Positions 1 to 13,297 of a stretch of 64,000 nt of DNA are shown piece after piece. Both the position numbers and the translations under genes were made by a program. The stretch covers positions 12,338,001-12,402,000 of the forward strand of contig NC_043003.1 of NCBI RefSeq assembly GCF_006345805.1, given 5' to 3'. How positions within the stretch are numbered: the stretch's first letter is position 1; each line of letters starts with the position of its first letter. Source of the DNA: Octopus sinensis. Taxonomy: Eukaryota. The notes below the pieces were generated by a model. The model saw only the letters and a program-made list of their open reading frames with translations, did not search any database and was not told where the DNA came from.

Positions 1-208
1 AGACACAGTTTTGCACACAAACAGAAAGGAAGTTTCAGTATTGGGTTGCAATTAAATATTACAAAATATTTTTTTGAATTATGCTAAACTAAATTTCAGG
101 TGATACATCTTGAAGAATCTACAATCACAGAAAGCCATCATCATCGTCATAACTATCACTTCTGTCTTCATGTATGCTTGTTATGTACCACCTCCACAAA
201 ATCCTCAA

Positions 209-411
209 CTCTTTAGCATTTAAACTTACTATATCTGGCCCAAGTATTCTACCTGCTTAATATTCAAACTATCAAGATCTGGCCTCTTATACCTACCTTG
301 TGATGTCATTCTAAAAATGTACCATCACATCATTGAAATCTGAAAGCTACAAGGTAATGCATGATGAATTCAAAGCATTACATTTAACAAAGTAATTTGA
401 AGGCTAAAGGG
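209..411. mobile_element. piggyBac-type MITE (family P2), degenerate
   Basis: Starts (TCAA)CTCTTTAGCA and ends TAAAGGG-TTAA. Same family as 7525-7731 and 58043-58258. TTAA targets and CCC..GGG ends are piggyBac hallmarks. Confidence 0.7.
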
Positions 412-415
412 TTAA

Positions 416-635
416 CCTTTTTGTTACCAACCCGGCTGAAACTGGCTCTGGCTCAGAGTACAAATGTCTTGTTTTCATAAGTTTTGAATTAAAATCTTCC
501 ACCAAACCTTAGTCACAATTTATGTTCTTAACACTAGCTTAATGATAACTAAGTTATTTTACTAAATCCTTTTTTATATTTAAAATAATTGAGAGCAACA
601 CAGAGCATCTCAAAATAAATACAGTAACGAAAGGG
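416..635. mobile_element. piggyBac-type MITE (family P1)
   Basis: TTAA at 412-415 and 636-639. Termini CCTTTTTTGTTAC / GTAACGAAAGGG. Highly similar inverted copy at 39487-39707. Confidence 0.85.
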
Positions 636-3184
636 TTAAACTATCATTTATAATCATGGTTTGCATATACACTTCATGCATTGAAAATATTGAAAGGGTG
701 CAAATTCTCAGTGTCACACTAATGCCCATTTTCCTATCAGGCATACATGTTGAATGAGGGAATACATTCTATACTTATTCAATCTCTTTAGAATCTTCAT
801 AGAATCATTTAACCTTTTTTCTATTATCACTCTGTCTTATTGTAAATTGTACCTATGAATTATGTACATTCAAGTTTATTTGTCAAATTTTTCCTTTGAT
901 TTGTCCAACCTATACCAGCATGGAGAACAGACATTAAATGATAATGAATGATTTTTCATTTTTAATCAATAAAATATAATAGTGAATATAAAAGCAAATA
1001 TTTTATTATGAGCCATTTGGTCAATTTGATTTGACTTGCCTTTATAAAGATTATATTATTTTTCATTTTAGTTTGTCTGCATAGAGTTGCTTTAAAATTT
1101 AAATGGAAAAGAGGCTACAAGCTGTTAGTAACATTTTCATCACTTTTACTATGGTTATCTTCTCTTTTTTTCTTTACTCTTACCCTGCATGCGTAAGCTA
1201 AAGTAGGTTATTGTAATTACTCATCTTTGTCTGTCTGTGTGTTCACAAAATTACTGGAAAATGGCTGAACGAATTTTCACTAAATTTGGCAGTAATACTC
1301 ATTGGGTGAGTGGCTTGAAATGGTAAAAATTTGATTTGATTATCTTCGAACATACATAAATAGATACATAGATATGCAACTGTGTGTGTGTGTGTGTGTG
1401 TGTGTGCGTACAGTGATGGATTTGAGGGTTTCATTTATATATGAGTTGATTTCTTAATTTCACCGGAGTATAAATACCTATAATGGTGATACTCAAAAAA
1501 AAAAAAAACTTTTTTTTAAATCGAACCTACAAATTTCCGATAAGCAGGTAGTCGTATTATTTATATCCTACAATGAACTACAGTACATTTGATTCACCTG
1601 CTATCATTGAAAGACATTGAAAACACTTAAATTCTATGTAATATTTTCTATAGGTGTTTCATTTTGTTCACGTTCTTTTTCATATGAATTGACCCTCATC
1701 TACATGTATATAGATCCTGATGTACCTATGTGCATAGAGACGTGTGGGTACATACATAAGTACATATATAGCTATGTGGCTATATGTGTGTACAGTGATG
1801 GATTCGAGGGTTTCATTTATTTATGAGTTGGTTTCTTAATTTCACTGAAGTATAAATGCCTATAATGGTGATACTTAAAGAAATAATTATAATAATGCAG
1901 TTCAATTATAAAGGTTTTAGTTGAACAAATCTCAATACTTACATTTTTTTTTTTCTAGTCTGATACTTATTCTACCATTCTCTTTTGCTGAACCACTAAG
2001 CTATGCAGATGTAAAGAAGCCAACACCAGTAGTCAAATAGCGTGTGTGTGTGTGTGTGTGTGTGGTGGGTGAAAACACAGATGCACAAACACACATGACA
2101 GGCTTCCTCACAGTTTCCATCTACCAAAGTCTCTAAGCAAAGCATTGATTAACCTGATACTATAGCAGAAGATGTTTGTCCAAGGTACTGCACAGTGGAA
2201 CTGAACCTAAAACCATGTGGTTGCAAAGCAAGCCTCTTAACCACAAAACCATACCTAATTATTTAAGTCTGGATTCTAAAGTATAATAATGAAATTAATT
2301 ACTTTGCATAAGTACTGCTTCTGATAGGTTTAATACATATGAGATCATTTTGAAATAAAAACTAAATCTTGTAAGTTTTGTCCTCATATTAGTTCATTAC
2401 TTCACTCATAGATTTATAATTTGATTACAGTTTGAAATATAAGGACATATACTAACAAATACAGATTCGGTTGTTAATACACTAGCATATAAGTACCTAA
2501 ATGCAAACATTTCAACAAGTTTTTTGTTATTCTTCTATTCTTTGTTGCATTTCCTGCTGCCTTAATCATGCAGCTTAACATGAACATATTGTAATCTTAA
2601 AAGTGTAGAGGAGTTGTCAGTGTTGGGAAAAGTATTCAGCACTATAATTCTCTTGCTCTAGCACTTGAACACAATCTCAGAAATTTACACAAATATTTTG
2701 TGATAGTATAAAAAAAAAAATTCAATTTTAAATGATTAAGATAAGAAGAAGAACATTAGCTGTGAAGGGAAGATGCAGACTACTGATTGCAGGGTTATTT
2801 AGTCCAAACTTTCCTGAAGCTATTGTCATCTGCTAAAAGTATGGCAATTACTTTGCTTATCTCAGTAGGCTGTCTGAAAATAATGATATCTCACTTAGCG
2901 TACTTAAGAAACTTGCATTCCAATCTTGTGATCTTGGGTTCAATCCCACTGGATGACATCTTGGTTAATTGTCTGCCTGGTGCAGCCATCTGGTTTGCCA
3001 GCCCTCAGTCAAAATCGTCCAACCCATGCTAGCATGGAAAGTGGACGTTAAACGATGATGATGATGATGATGATGATGTAGCCCCAAGTGGACCAAAGAC
3101 TTGTAGGTAGATAGAAACTGGAAAAAAGCCCCTCATTTTTGAAGGTATGTGCTTGTGCACATGTGTTTTTGTATACCTTGAAGG

Positions 3185-3510
3185 CACATAGCTCAGTTTT
3201 TGGAGCATTGGGTTCACAATCATGAGTTAGTGAATTCGATTACTGGATTTGTTTGTGTGTTGTGTTCTTAAGCAAGACACTTTATTTCACATTTCTCCAG
3301 TTCACTCAGCTGTAGAAATGAGTTGTGATGTCACTGGTGCCAAGTGGTATCGGCCTTTGCCTTTCCTTTGGATAACATCAGTGGTGTGGAGAGGGGAGGC
3401 TGGTATGCATGGACAACAACTGGTCTTCCATAAACAACCTTGCCCAGGCTTGTAGATTGAAGGTGCAATCTTTCTAGGTGCAATCCCATGGTCATTCATG
3501 ACCAAAAAAG
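3185..3510 (+). mobile_element. tRNA-derived SINE (degenerate)
   Basis: Head GCACATAGCTCAGT...GAATTCGATT resembles Pol III A/B boxes. Head resembles the SINEs at 16376 and 61960-62216. Confidence 0.55.
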
Positions 3511-4311
3511 GAGGAAGGGAGTCCTTTGTCCAGACATCACATGATAGTTGTAAATGAGTATCAGTGTCATACTAGAAAGATTGTTTATTTCCATTCTTCT
3601 GTGAAAAACACATTTGGTCATGAGGAAACATCCCTTGCCTGGAAGCAAGTGAGGGTTGGCTACAGGAAGGTCACCTCGCTGTAGAGAATCTGCTTCAACA
3701 AATTCTATGTGACTTAAGCAAGGATGGAAAAGTGGATATTAAATGATGATGAGTAGGTATAGTTCTTAATCTTCAATCTGTCTTGTATGCCATGTAACCT
3801 GGGATAAGTAATTGAGAATATAATCCTCTCTGAACTAGATGCTAGTCTGTCACAGGGTTAATCCCTAGCTGTTATCACTGGTACTTTTCAGCTGAATAAG
3901 TCTTGTACTTATTCCAGTGGCCTCTTTTGTTGAACCGTTAAGTTACAGAGACTTAAACAAACCCAGCAGTAGGATGGGGGCAAATACACACACATATTGT
4001 TAGGCTTCAATGTAGTTTCCATCCACCAAATTCATTCACAAGGCATTGGTCAGCCCAGGGCTATAACAGAATACACTTGCCCTTGGTGCTTCACTGCAAG
4101 ACAGAACCCAAAACCACATGAGTGCAAAGCAAATTTCTTAACCACACAGCCATGCCTATGTGGTTAAGAATAAAGAAGAGAAGGTTATGGCTGGAAGGTC
4201 TTTGACCATAAGTCTTCTTGGTCAAAGCTGACCTTGAACTAAACTACAGTAGCAACACAATGATAGGTGCTATCATCATGAGTGCAAATAACTTCAGTTG
4301 CCCAAATATTC

Positions 4312-4313
<2 letters not shown>

Positions 4314-4344
<31 letters not shown>

Positions 4345-5128
4345 GTTTAACGTCTGCTTTCCATACTGGCATGGGTTGGACGATTTGACTGAGGACTGAT
4401 GAACCACATGGCTGCACCAGGCTCCAATCTGATCTGGCAGAGTTTCTACGGCTGGATGCCCTTCCTAATGCCAACCACTCCGAGAGTGTAGTGGGTGCTT
4501 TTGCGTGCCACCAGCATGAGGGCCAGTCAGGTGGTACTGGCAACGGCCATGCTCAAATGGTGTTTTTTACATGCCACCTGCACAGGAGCCAGTCCAGCAG
4601 CACTGGCAACGACCTCACTCAAATGTTTTTTCACACGTCACTGGCACAAGTGCCAGTAAGGCGACACTGGTAACGATTGCACTTGGATGGTGCTCTTAGC
4701 GCTCCACTAGCACAGATGTCAGTCATCGAATTTGGTTTTGATTTCAATTTCACTTGCCTCAACAGGTCTTTGCAAGCAGAGTTTAGTGTCCAATGAAGGA
4801 AAGGTACACATAAGTGAGCTGGTTACACCCTTAGCATAGGCCACGGGTTATGGTCCCACTTGGCTTGCTGGTTCTTCTCACGCACAACATATTTCCAAAG
4901 GTCTCGGTCACTAGTCATTGCCTCGGTGAGGCCTACTGTTTGAAGGTTGTGCTTCACCACCTCATACTAAGTCTTCCTGGGTCTACCTCTTCCACAGGTT
5001 CCCTCAACTGCTAGGGTGTGGCACTTTTTCACACAGCTAATCCTCATCCATTCTCACCACATGACCATACCAGTGTAGTCGTCTCTCTTGCACACCACAT
5101 CTGATGCTTCTTAGGTCCAACTTTTCTC
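4314..5128 (-). mobile_element. RTE-clade LINE 3' fragment (ORF C-terminus, 3'UTR, (GAT)n tail)
   Basis: Minus strand reads EKLDLRSIRCGVQERRLHWYGHVVRMDED, then after a frameshift VEGTCGRGRPRKT*..DRDLWKY. This is the typical RTE C-terminus. It ends in a (GAT)n tail, identifying the many GGAAGGGCATCCAGC...(GAT)n repeats as RTE 3' ends. Confidence 0.85.
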
Positions 5129-6667
5129 AGCTCTTTACCTTTATATTAGTTGTTTACTTAATTTTCAACCGAGATAATTTACTTTTTTATACTCTTAATA
5201 ATTAATATGCTCCAGTAGATTTGAACATAGGTAGGCTAATCACTGATGTGTTTGTCACAGGGGAACAGCTTCTTTATGATGACTAAGTGTTCATGACACA
5301 CTCAATTCATTAGTACAAGTACATTTTTCCTTAATACAGCATATTAAGAATAAATATAAAAGTCATTGTCTTGAATCTTTCTGTTCACTATGCATATAAC
5401 AGTTTATAATTCTCTTTATTTATATAAAATACAGTTTAACAAACTGACATGGGGTACATCTACTCTACCATTCATACAAAGGGTTCACTATCGACCTATA
5501 TGTGTAGGGACGTTCAGAGAATGCTGTTGTAAATTTATTCAACCTTTCAGTCTGTTGCATGTGTTTGTTGTCAATAAGACTGACATGATGTATAAATATA
5601 GCAAGTAGACTGGTGACCTGTTGAGAATCTCTCTTTGTTCTTTTTCTCTTCCAGATAAAACTAGAAGCTAACGTTTCTGATAATATATTTTCTATAAATA
5701 ATCTTCTAAGCAATGAAGAAAAAAAAAATGATAGCAAGGATGATTACTTTAATCAGTGTTGATTCTTGTACAATGTATTGTGTTTCTTAAACATTTATGA
5801 GATTTTAAACTATGGAGATTACATCAAAATCAGAAATCTAAGCAAAACTCCAAGAATTGCAATTTTACAATAACTTTTCATAGGCACGGCTGTGGTTGTG
5901 TGGTAAGAAGTTTGCTTTCAGATGACATGGTTTTGGGGTCAGTTCCACTGCATGGCACCTTGGCCAAGTATCTTTTAACGCCTTGTAAGTGGATATGGTA
6001 GACAGAAAATAAAAGAAGTCCATTGTGTGTGTGTGTGTGTGTGTGTGTTTTACTGACTCCTTGTCTAGACTTCAGGTGAAAGTTGTAACAGAGTGTCACC
6101 ATTGTGCAAATAGTGTCTTTCATTTCCAATCTTCTGTGGAAATATTACCTGTAAGGAAATATTACCAGTCATACTGGTATTATCAGGTAAGGGTCGGTGG
6201 CAGGAAGGGCACATGACCTTAGAAAATTTGCCCCAAATTCTGTCTGACCCATGTGGGCATGGAAAGGTGGACATTAAAATGCTGATGGTTTTTCAATAGA
6301 TTCTAGTATTGTTCTTAGAACTTTACAAATTTTACCAATTCCAGGTAAATCAGTTTCACATTTGTTTAATGAAGGTTTTAAAGCTCAATTGTATGTCTTT
6401 ATATGTTGTCAATAATAATGGTTTTTGAATAATTTATTGGTTCTTGTGTTAGTTGTTAATTTTCTTCATATTTAGTTTGTCTTTTTAATTTTTAATTAGA
6501 AGATATTAGAAGATACTAATGAGTTATTTGAAATGTTAGGTACTGTCTCGATTTGGTTGATTAAAGGCGGTGCTCCAGCATAACCACAGCCAAATGACTG
6601 AAACAAGTAAAGAGTATTAAGATGTCAAAACTAAAATAATTTATTTCGTTTGTTGGTGTATTGACTT

Positions 6668-7058
6668 ACTTTTTACTTGTTTCAGTTATTGGACTCTGGT
6701 CATGGCCATGCTAGGGCACCAACTTTAAAAGTTTAGTCAAACAAATCAACCCCAGTACTTTTTTTTTTTTTCTTGAAAGTCTGGTATTTATTGTATCACT
6801 TGCTTTTGTGGAACCGCTAAGTTACAAGGATGTAGTCTAACCAACACTGGTTGTTAAGCAGTGCTCGGAAGCAAAACACTCATGCTCCTGCCGCATGATG
6901 GGCATCCACACAGATTCCGTCTACCAAATCCACTCTCAAGGCTTTGGTCAGCCTGGGGTTATACTAGAAGACACTTGTCCAAAGTGCCATGCAGTGAGAT
7001 CGAACCCAAAATCACATGGTAGCAAAGCAAGCTTCTAAACCACACAACTGTGCCTGTA
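6668..7058 (-). mobile_element. tRNA-derived SINE family A
   Basis: Matches the family consensus seen at 31927-32338 and 34336-34696. Confidence 0.75.
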
Positions 7059-7524
7059 CCTAATTTAGGAAAATTACTGCATTTATTTTTACAATTTAAC
7101 AGAGTGTGTTACTTTTTCAAAGCTTGCAACTTGTACAAGTTATTTTGGAGCTAAAGAAAAAGAGAAAAAATAAACCCATGATGGTGGGTGAATTGGCAAT
7201 GTTCAATGCTTTAGTACATGCTCAGTTGACCAAAGATATTTTGTTAGTTGAGAAGATAGAAATAAACTGGATAATTTCGTGATGCTTATTGGTGGAAGTA
7301 ACTGAGACGGGAAGGTTGTTGTTACTGTTGTTGTTTAACCAGAGTTTGATTTACTAGAGCAAACCTATGACTCAGAGAGATAATATATCAAACATGAAAG
7401 GAAACTCTGAAGCCTACTCCCTGATATATTCCATTTATCGGTCAAAGAGCACATGCTATGCAGAGAATCATTACAAGTTTATAGTCAATTAAGCCTTGTT
7501 TGGTTTATGGTCAGAACTGTTTAA

Positions 7525-7731
7525 CCCTTCAGCATTCAGATTACTCTATGAAATACAATGCTTATTTAATCACAGTGTTCAAAACTAATCATGTATTATC
7601 TTGTAGCTTTGACATTTTGAAGATATAGCTGTTTATTTTTATAACATTGCAGGGTAGGTGTGAGAGGCTGGATCTGTCCAGCTTGAACATAAAACAGGTG
7701 GAATATTTGGGTTGGTTTTAATGCTTAAAGG
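7525..7731. mobile_element. piggyBac-type MITE (family P2)
   Basis: TTAA at 7521-7524 and 7732-7735. Termini CCCTTCAGCATT / ATGCTTAAAGG. Confidence 0.8.
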
Positions 7732-9145
7732 TTAAATCTTCATTGGTGGTTTGCAGTAGATGTTGGGTCAGTTAAATTTGATTGCGAAAAGTAGAGTTGT
7801 TAAGTTTATTGCTTTAGTTAATGCTTGCTTTTTGCTGTTCATTGTATTGAATATGTTAAGAAAATATGTAGTGAGGTAAAAATTAGATTAGTCATTGATT
7901 AAATATTGTTTTGATTCTTTTGCCAAGTTTTGGAGAAAGTTCTGGACTGTGGTGTATGCGGGAGATTTGAAATAAGGACACCTACCTTCTCTTTGTTGAT
8001 GGAGACCTCTCCAGTAGTAATGCACCCTTCCACCCGGCCCGACCCTAACACTAGAAATAGTAGCTGCTTTTCCCCTACCTTAAGAACAAGCTCACAAGTC
8101 CGACTCGCTCGGCTACCTCGATCAAAAAGGCCCAATGCTGCCCTGCCTACGCGCGCACCACTCCTGCCCCTTCCTCTTCCAGTCACCTCCCCAGCTGCTG
8201 ACTTCATCCCTCATGGATATGTTTCAATTTAATATGATTTCTTCAGCAAATCATAGACTTTACCGTACTTGCCAAATTAGTGATGAGAGAATCACCAAGT
8301 AAACATGCAATATTTTATTATTCGAACAAAAATGAGCTGAGAGAAAGAACTTAAAATGGTCAGCAGCAGGTATTTGAATAACATAGACAAACACAAGTAT
8401 TTCAAATACCATGCAATATAAATTCTTGATTTATTGAAAATATCTGCCCCTAGGGGATGTATCATAAGTGACCAAATGGAAATTAAGACCAGCTCCCATT
8501 GAATTGAGAAGGGGAGATAATCTCAAGAATCAACAATTTTCCAAAGTTGTGTGTGTCCTTGTTCTGACGTTGTGTGGTGATTGTGAATGACTATGATTGT
8601 CATTCAAGGGTTTCTTCCATTTCCTATCATCTGTGAAAACATGTCTGGTCATGGGGTAATATTATCTTGCAATGTGAGGACTGGCAATAGGAATGGCATC
8701 CAGTTGTAGAAAATCTGCCTCAACAAATTTCATCTGACCCATGTAAACAAGGAAAAGTGGACATTTGGACATTAAAGTTACGATGATAATGATGTTAAAT
8801 GTAAGTTATTATCTTAACACATTGGCTCCCATATGACTTGCCAGTGGGTTGTGGTGGTATGTTAGCAAGTCCTTCCTGGCCCACTAGCAGGTTGTTTTTT
8901 AATTTCTTTCCTATAGCCTTTCTTAGAGGTATGGTAGAGTGTAAAAATATTATGCCACTCATGTCAAAATTAAGATATCATATTGGGACCCTGGGATAAA
9001 ACATAAAATGAAGCGTGGGAGCCAACATGTTAAAACTACCATAAGATTAATTGTAAATGCACTTAACAAATTAGTCAACTATTTTGGTTTTATGATTTTT
9101 GAGATCAATTATATAATAAATATATTTTAGAGTGGCTGTCTGGCC

Positions 9146-9463
9146 TCCGTGCCAGTGGCATGTAAAAGGCACCATTCAAGTGTGATCATTACCAGCATCG
9201 CCTTACTGGCACCTGTGCTGGTGGCATGTGTAAAAGATTCGAGCAAAGTCGTTGCCAGTACTGCCTGACTGGCCCCATGCCGGTGGCACATAAAAAGCAC
9301 CCACTACTCTCTCAGAGTGGTTGGCATTAGGAAGGGCATCCAGCTGTAGAAACTTTGCCAGATCAAGATTGAAGCCTGGTGCAGCCATCTGATTCGCCAG
9401 CCCTCAGTCAAATCGTCCAATCCATGCTAGCATGGAAAGCGGATATTAAATGATGATGATGAT
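9146..9463 (+). mobile_element. RTE LINE 3'UTR fragment
   Basis: GGCATTAGGAAGGGCATCCAGCTGTAGAAAC...CATGGAAAGCGGATATTAAA(TGA)n. Confidence 0.8.
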
Positions 9464-9871
9464 ATTTTCAAAAAAATAAATGCATTAAAATAAAAGATAT
9501 TTCAAGAATATTGATCATTAACGTATTTCTCAAGGTAACAAAAATGTTTGAATCTTTGAGAAAAAAGTATTGTTCTTTCTCCTTCCTCTCCAGTGAAAAA
9601 GTAGATTCTAAGAAATGTTAATTGTATTTCTCCACTTCTAATTCATCTTAAAATGAATCACCATCATAATAGTCACATTAACGTCTTCTTTTTGATGGTT
9701 GCATGGATCAAATGGAATTTGTTGAGGCAGATTTTCTGGGACCAGATACCCTTCCTATCACAAACCCTCACCTGTCTCCAAGTAAAGTGATATATCTCCA
9801 TAACCAGTTATGCTTTCATGGAAGACTGAAGATGAAAGACAAATATCACTCAATGTCAAGGCAAGGAGGCA

Positions 9872-9903
<32 letters not shown>

Positions 9904-11569
9904 TCCCAAGCTTCTTTCAGTTTCCACCTACCAAATCCACTCACAAGGTTTTTGTTGGCCCATGGCTACAATACAAGACTCTTGGCCAAGATGCCATGCA
10001 ATGAGACTGACTTCAGAACCATGTGATTGTGAAGCAAACTTCTTGCCATGCCTGTACCTATGGATATAAATTGAATTATATTTAGCATCTTGAAAACCGC
10101 TAAAGAAATTTACAGATCATCTCAACAGCATTTGAGAGGTTTACTTAATTTTGTGTTTGATATTTTCAAATGATTTACTCCACATCTCACACAGTATGCT
10201 GACAAATGATAATTATTGTTTTTATCTTTGATAATGCAAAGTATATTATACTTCAACCAATTCACCAAAGTTGAATTACATATAAAATATTTTATTAATT
10301 TTATAATCAAAAAGTCAACATGTAAAATCAATAAATAACTCTAAGCTATTGAGAATGGAAAACAATAATTTCTTAAGCCATTGACTATAATTGTAGAGAT
10401 ATTTTTCTTTTGTTTTTTAGTTGATGTAGAAGTTTTAAATTGTCTTGAATTCTCTTTATATCTGGATCAGTGAAAAAGCTAAGAGAAGTGTTTCTTAAAG
10501 TAGTTGTTTATCAAGGCAGCAAATAAATAAATAAAAATTCTGGCTTGATTGAAGTCTATAACAATGGATGTCATTTTTTAAAATATTTTCAGTCATTAGG
10601 AAAAGAAAATTAAAACTAGGCTTAATATCAAAGTGCATTAATTGTAAATTGCATCACATAAGATGTGTGTGTTTAAGGAGCTTTCTTTGCAACCACCAGG
10701 TTTTGGGTTTAGTCCCACTACATGCCAGCATCTTGGGCAAATATCTTCTACTACAGTGCTAGATGGATCAATGCCTTGTGAACTTTGACAGCAACTGTGT
10801 TGAAACTCCTTATGTGTGTGTGTGTGTGTGTTTGAGCATGTGTGTGAATATGTGCATGCCTTTGTGTCTATGTTTACCCCCATCTTGCAAGCTTGACAAT
10901 AAAAGAGACCGATAGAACAAGTACTAATATGTGTATGCCTTTGTGTCTATGTTTGTCCCCACCCTTCAAGCTTGACAACAACTGTTAGGTTATTTACATC
11001 CCCATAACTTAGCAGTTTGGCAAAAGAAACTGACAGAATAAGTACCAAAAAAGCATAAGAACTGAGGTGAATTTGTACATCTAAACCTTTAGAGGTAGTA
11101 CCCTGGCATGGCTGCTGTCCAATGACTGAAATGCATAAAAGGAAAAAAAAAAGAAGATAAAAAAAATCAAAGTGAATTAATTATAAATTTGACATTTTAC
11201 AGGATCATAATGTATATCTGTCAAAACCCAGTTTGTTTCTGAATATCATTATTCATTATCTGTATTTTACTTCATTTTATTTAATTTTTTGTTTCTTATT
11301 ATTATGGATAAGTGGAATAACCACTTAATCTTTTCAGGCTTTCATTCAAAACAGATATCTTGAGTATCTTGTGCACTTAAAGATTTCTTGATACTAGATT
11401 TTTGTGAAGAACACTCAAGTGGACAGTAATAAAATAATGCTAACATAAAACGGTTTTGATGTTAAGATTCAAATATAATCATTGATATTACTTTGTATGC
11501 TTTATTCATTAATTATTTAACAAACTAGATTGTTCTGAATAAATGGTACATAGGCTTGGGTGTGGCATA

Positions 11570-12217
11570 GGCACAGGTATGGCTGTGTGGTAAGAAGCAG
11601 CGAGCTGGCAGAAATGTAAGCACGCCGGGCGAAATGCTTAGCAGTATTTTGTCTGCGGCTACGTTCTGAGTTCAAATTCCACCGAGGTCAACTTTGCCTT
11701 TCATCCTTTCGGGGTCAATTAGATAAGTACCAGTTATGCACTGGGGTCTATATAATTGATTTAATCCGTTTGTCTGTCCTTGTTTGTCCCCTCTGTGTGT
11801 AGCCCCTTGTGGGCAGTAAAGAAATAAGAAGCTTGTTTTCTAACCACATGGTTCCAGGTTCAGTCCCACTGCATGGCACATTGGGCAAGTGTCTTCTACT
11901 ACATCTACTATAGTCTTGGGCTGACCAAAGCCAAGCCTTTTGAGTGGATTTAGTAGATGGAGACTGAAAGAAGCTGATCATATATGTGTGTGTGTGTCTT
12001 TATGTCTGTGATTGTCCCCCACCACCACTTGACAACCGGTGTTGGTGTGTTTATGTCCCAGTAACTAAGTGGTTCAGTGAAAGAGGTTAACAGAATAAGC
12101 ACCAGATTTAAAAGAAAAATAAGTACTGGGGTCAATTTGTTCGGCTAAAAATTCTTTAAGGCAGTGCCCCAGCATGGCCGCAGTCTAATGACTGAAACAA
12201 ATAGAAGATAAAAGATA
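11570..12217 (+). mobile_element. SINE family A interrupted by a CORE-type SINE (family B, 11599-11824)
   Basis: Family A head GGCTGTGTGGTAAGAAGC resumes after the insert. TSD TAAGAAGC at 11591-11598 and 11825-11832. Confidence 0.85.
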
Positions 12218-12371
12218 TTACAAAATAATCCAAACAAATATGAAATTGTTGAAGCTGAAGCAGCTTATTTCAACTTAAATTTCTTAACACAGACATTAAA
12301 GCTATTTTTATTATATTCAAATTAGATTAGATACTAATTAATTAATCTAAGGAACATAAATTAATTCACTT

Positions 12372-12720
12372 CATCATCATCGTCATCATCGTTTAACATT
12401 CGTTTTTCATACTGGCATGGGTTGGATGGTTTGACTGGGGTCTTGGAAGCCAGGAGGCTGCACCAGGCTCCAATCTGATCTGGCAGTGTTTCTACTGCTG
12501 GATGCCCTTCCTAACACCAACCTCTGCAAGAGTGTAGTGGGTGCTTTTTACATGCCACCAGTACAAAGGCCAGATGGGGCTGGCATCGACCACATATGGA
12601 TGGTGCCTTTCATGTGCCACCGGCACAGGAACCAATTGGGGTGAGGGGGATAGCATCAACCATGTACGGATGGTGCTTTTTACGTGCCACCAGCACGGGG
12701 AACCAGACAGGTGACACTGG
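12372..12720 (-). mobile_element. RTE LINE 3'UTR fragment
   Basis: (CAT)n tail on the plus strand followed by CATGGGTTGGA...CTGGATGCCCTTCCTAA. Confidence 0.75.
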
Positions 12721-12916
12721 TTTACTGGCTTATATATAGCATATATATATATATATTGTCAATTGCATCACATAAGACATATGTGCTTAAGAAGTTTGCT
12801 TTGCAACCATGAGGTTTTGGATTCAGCCCCTTTGCACACTACCAGTGTAGTCTTCTACTATAGCTCCAGCTTGATCAATGCCTTGTGAGTGAATTTAGTA
12901 GATGGAAACTGTGTGG

Positions 12917-13297
12917 CAGAAACGTTAGCATGCCAGGCAAAATGCTTAGTGATATTTTGTCTGCTGTTACGTTCTGAGTTCAAATTCCCCCGAGGTCGCT
13001 TTTGCCTTTCATCCTTTCAGGGTCGATTAAATAAGTACCAGTTACGCACTGGGGTCAATATAATCAACTTAATCCGTTTGTCTATCCTTGTTTGTCCTCT
13101 CTGTGTTTAGCCCCTTGAGGGTAGTAAAGAAATAGGTATTTCGTTCTGAGTTCAAATTCTGCCGAGGTTGACTTTGCTTTTCATCCTTTCGGGGTCAATA
13201 AATTTAATACCAGTTACGCACTGGGGTCGATGTAATCGACTTAATCCCTTTGTTTGTCCCCTCTATGTTTAGCCCCTTGTGGGTAATAAAGAAATAA
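12917..13297 (+). mobile_element. Head-to-tail dimer of CORE-type SINE B nested in SINE A
   Basis: Two monomers joined at AAAGAAATA|GGTATTTCG. A 12-bp TSD GAAACTGTGTGG lies at 12905-12916 and 13298-13309. Confidence 0.85.
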
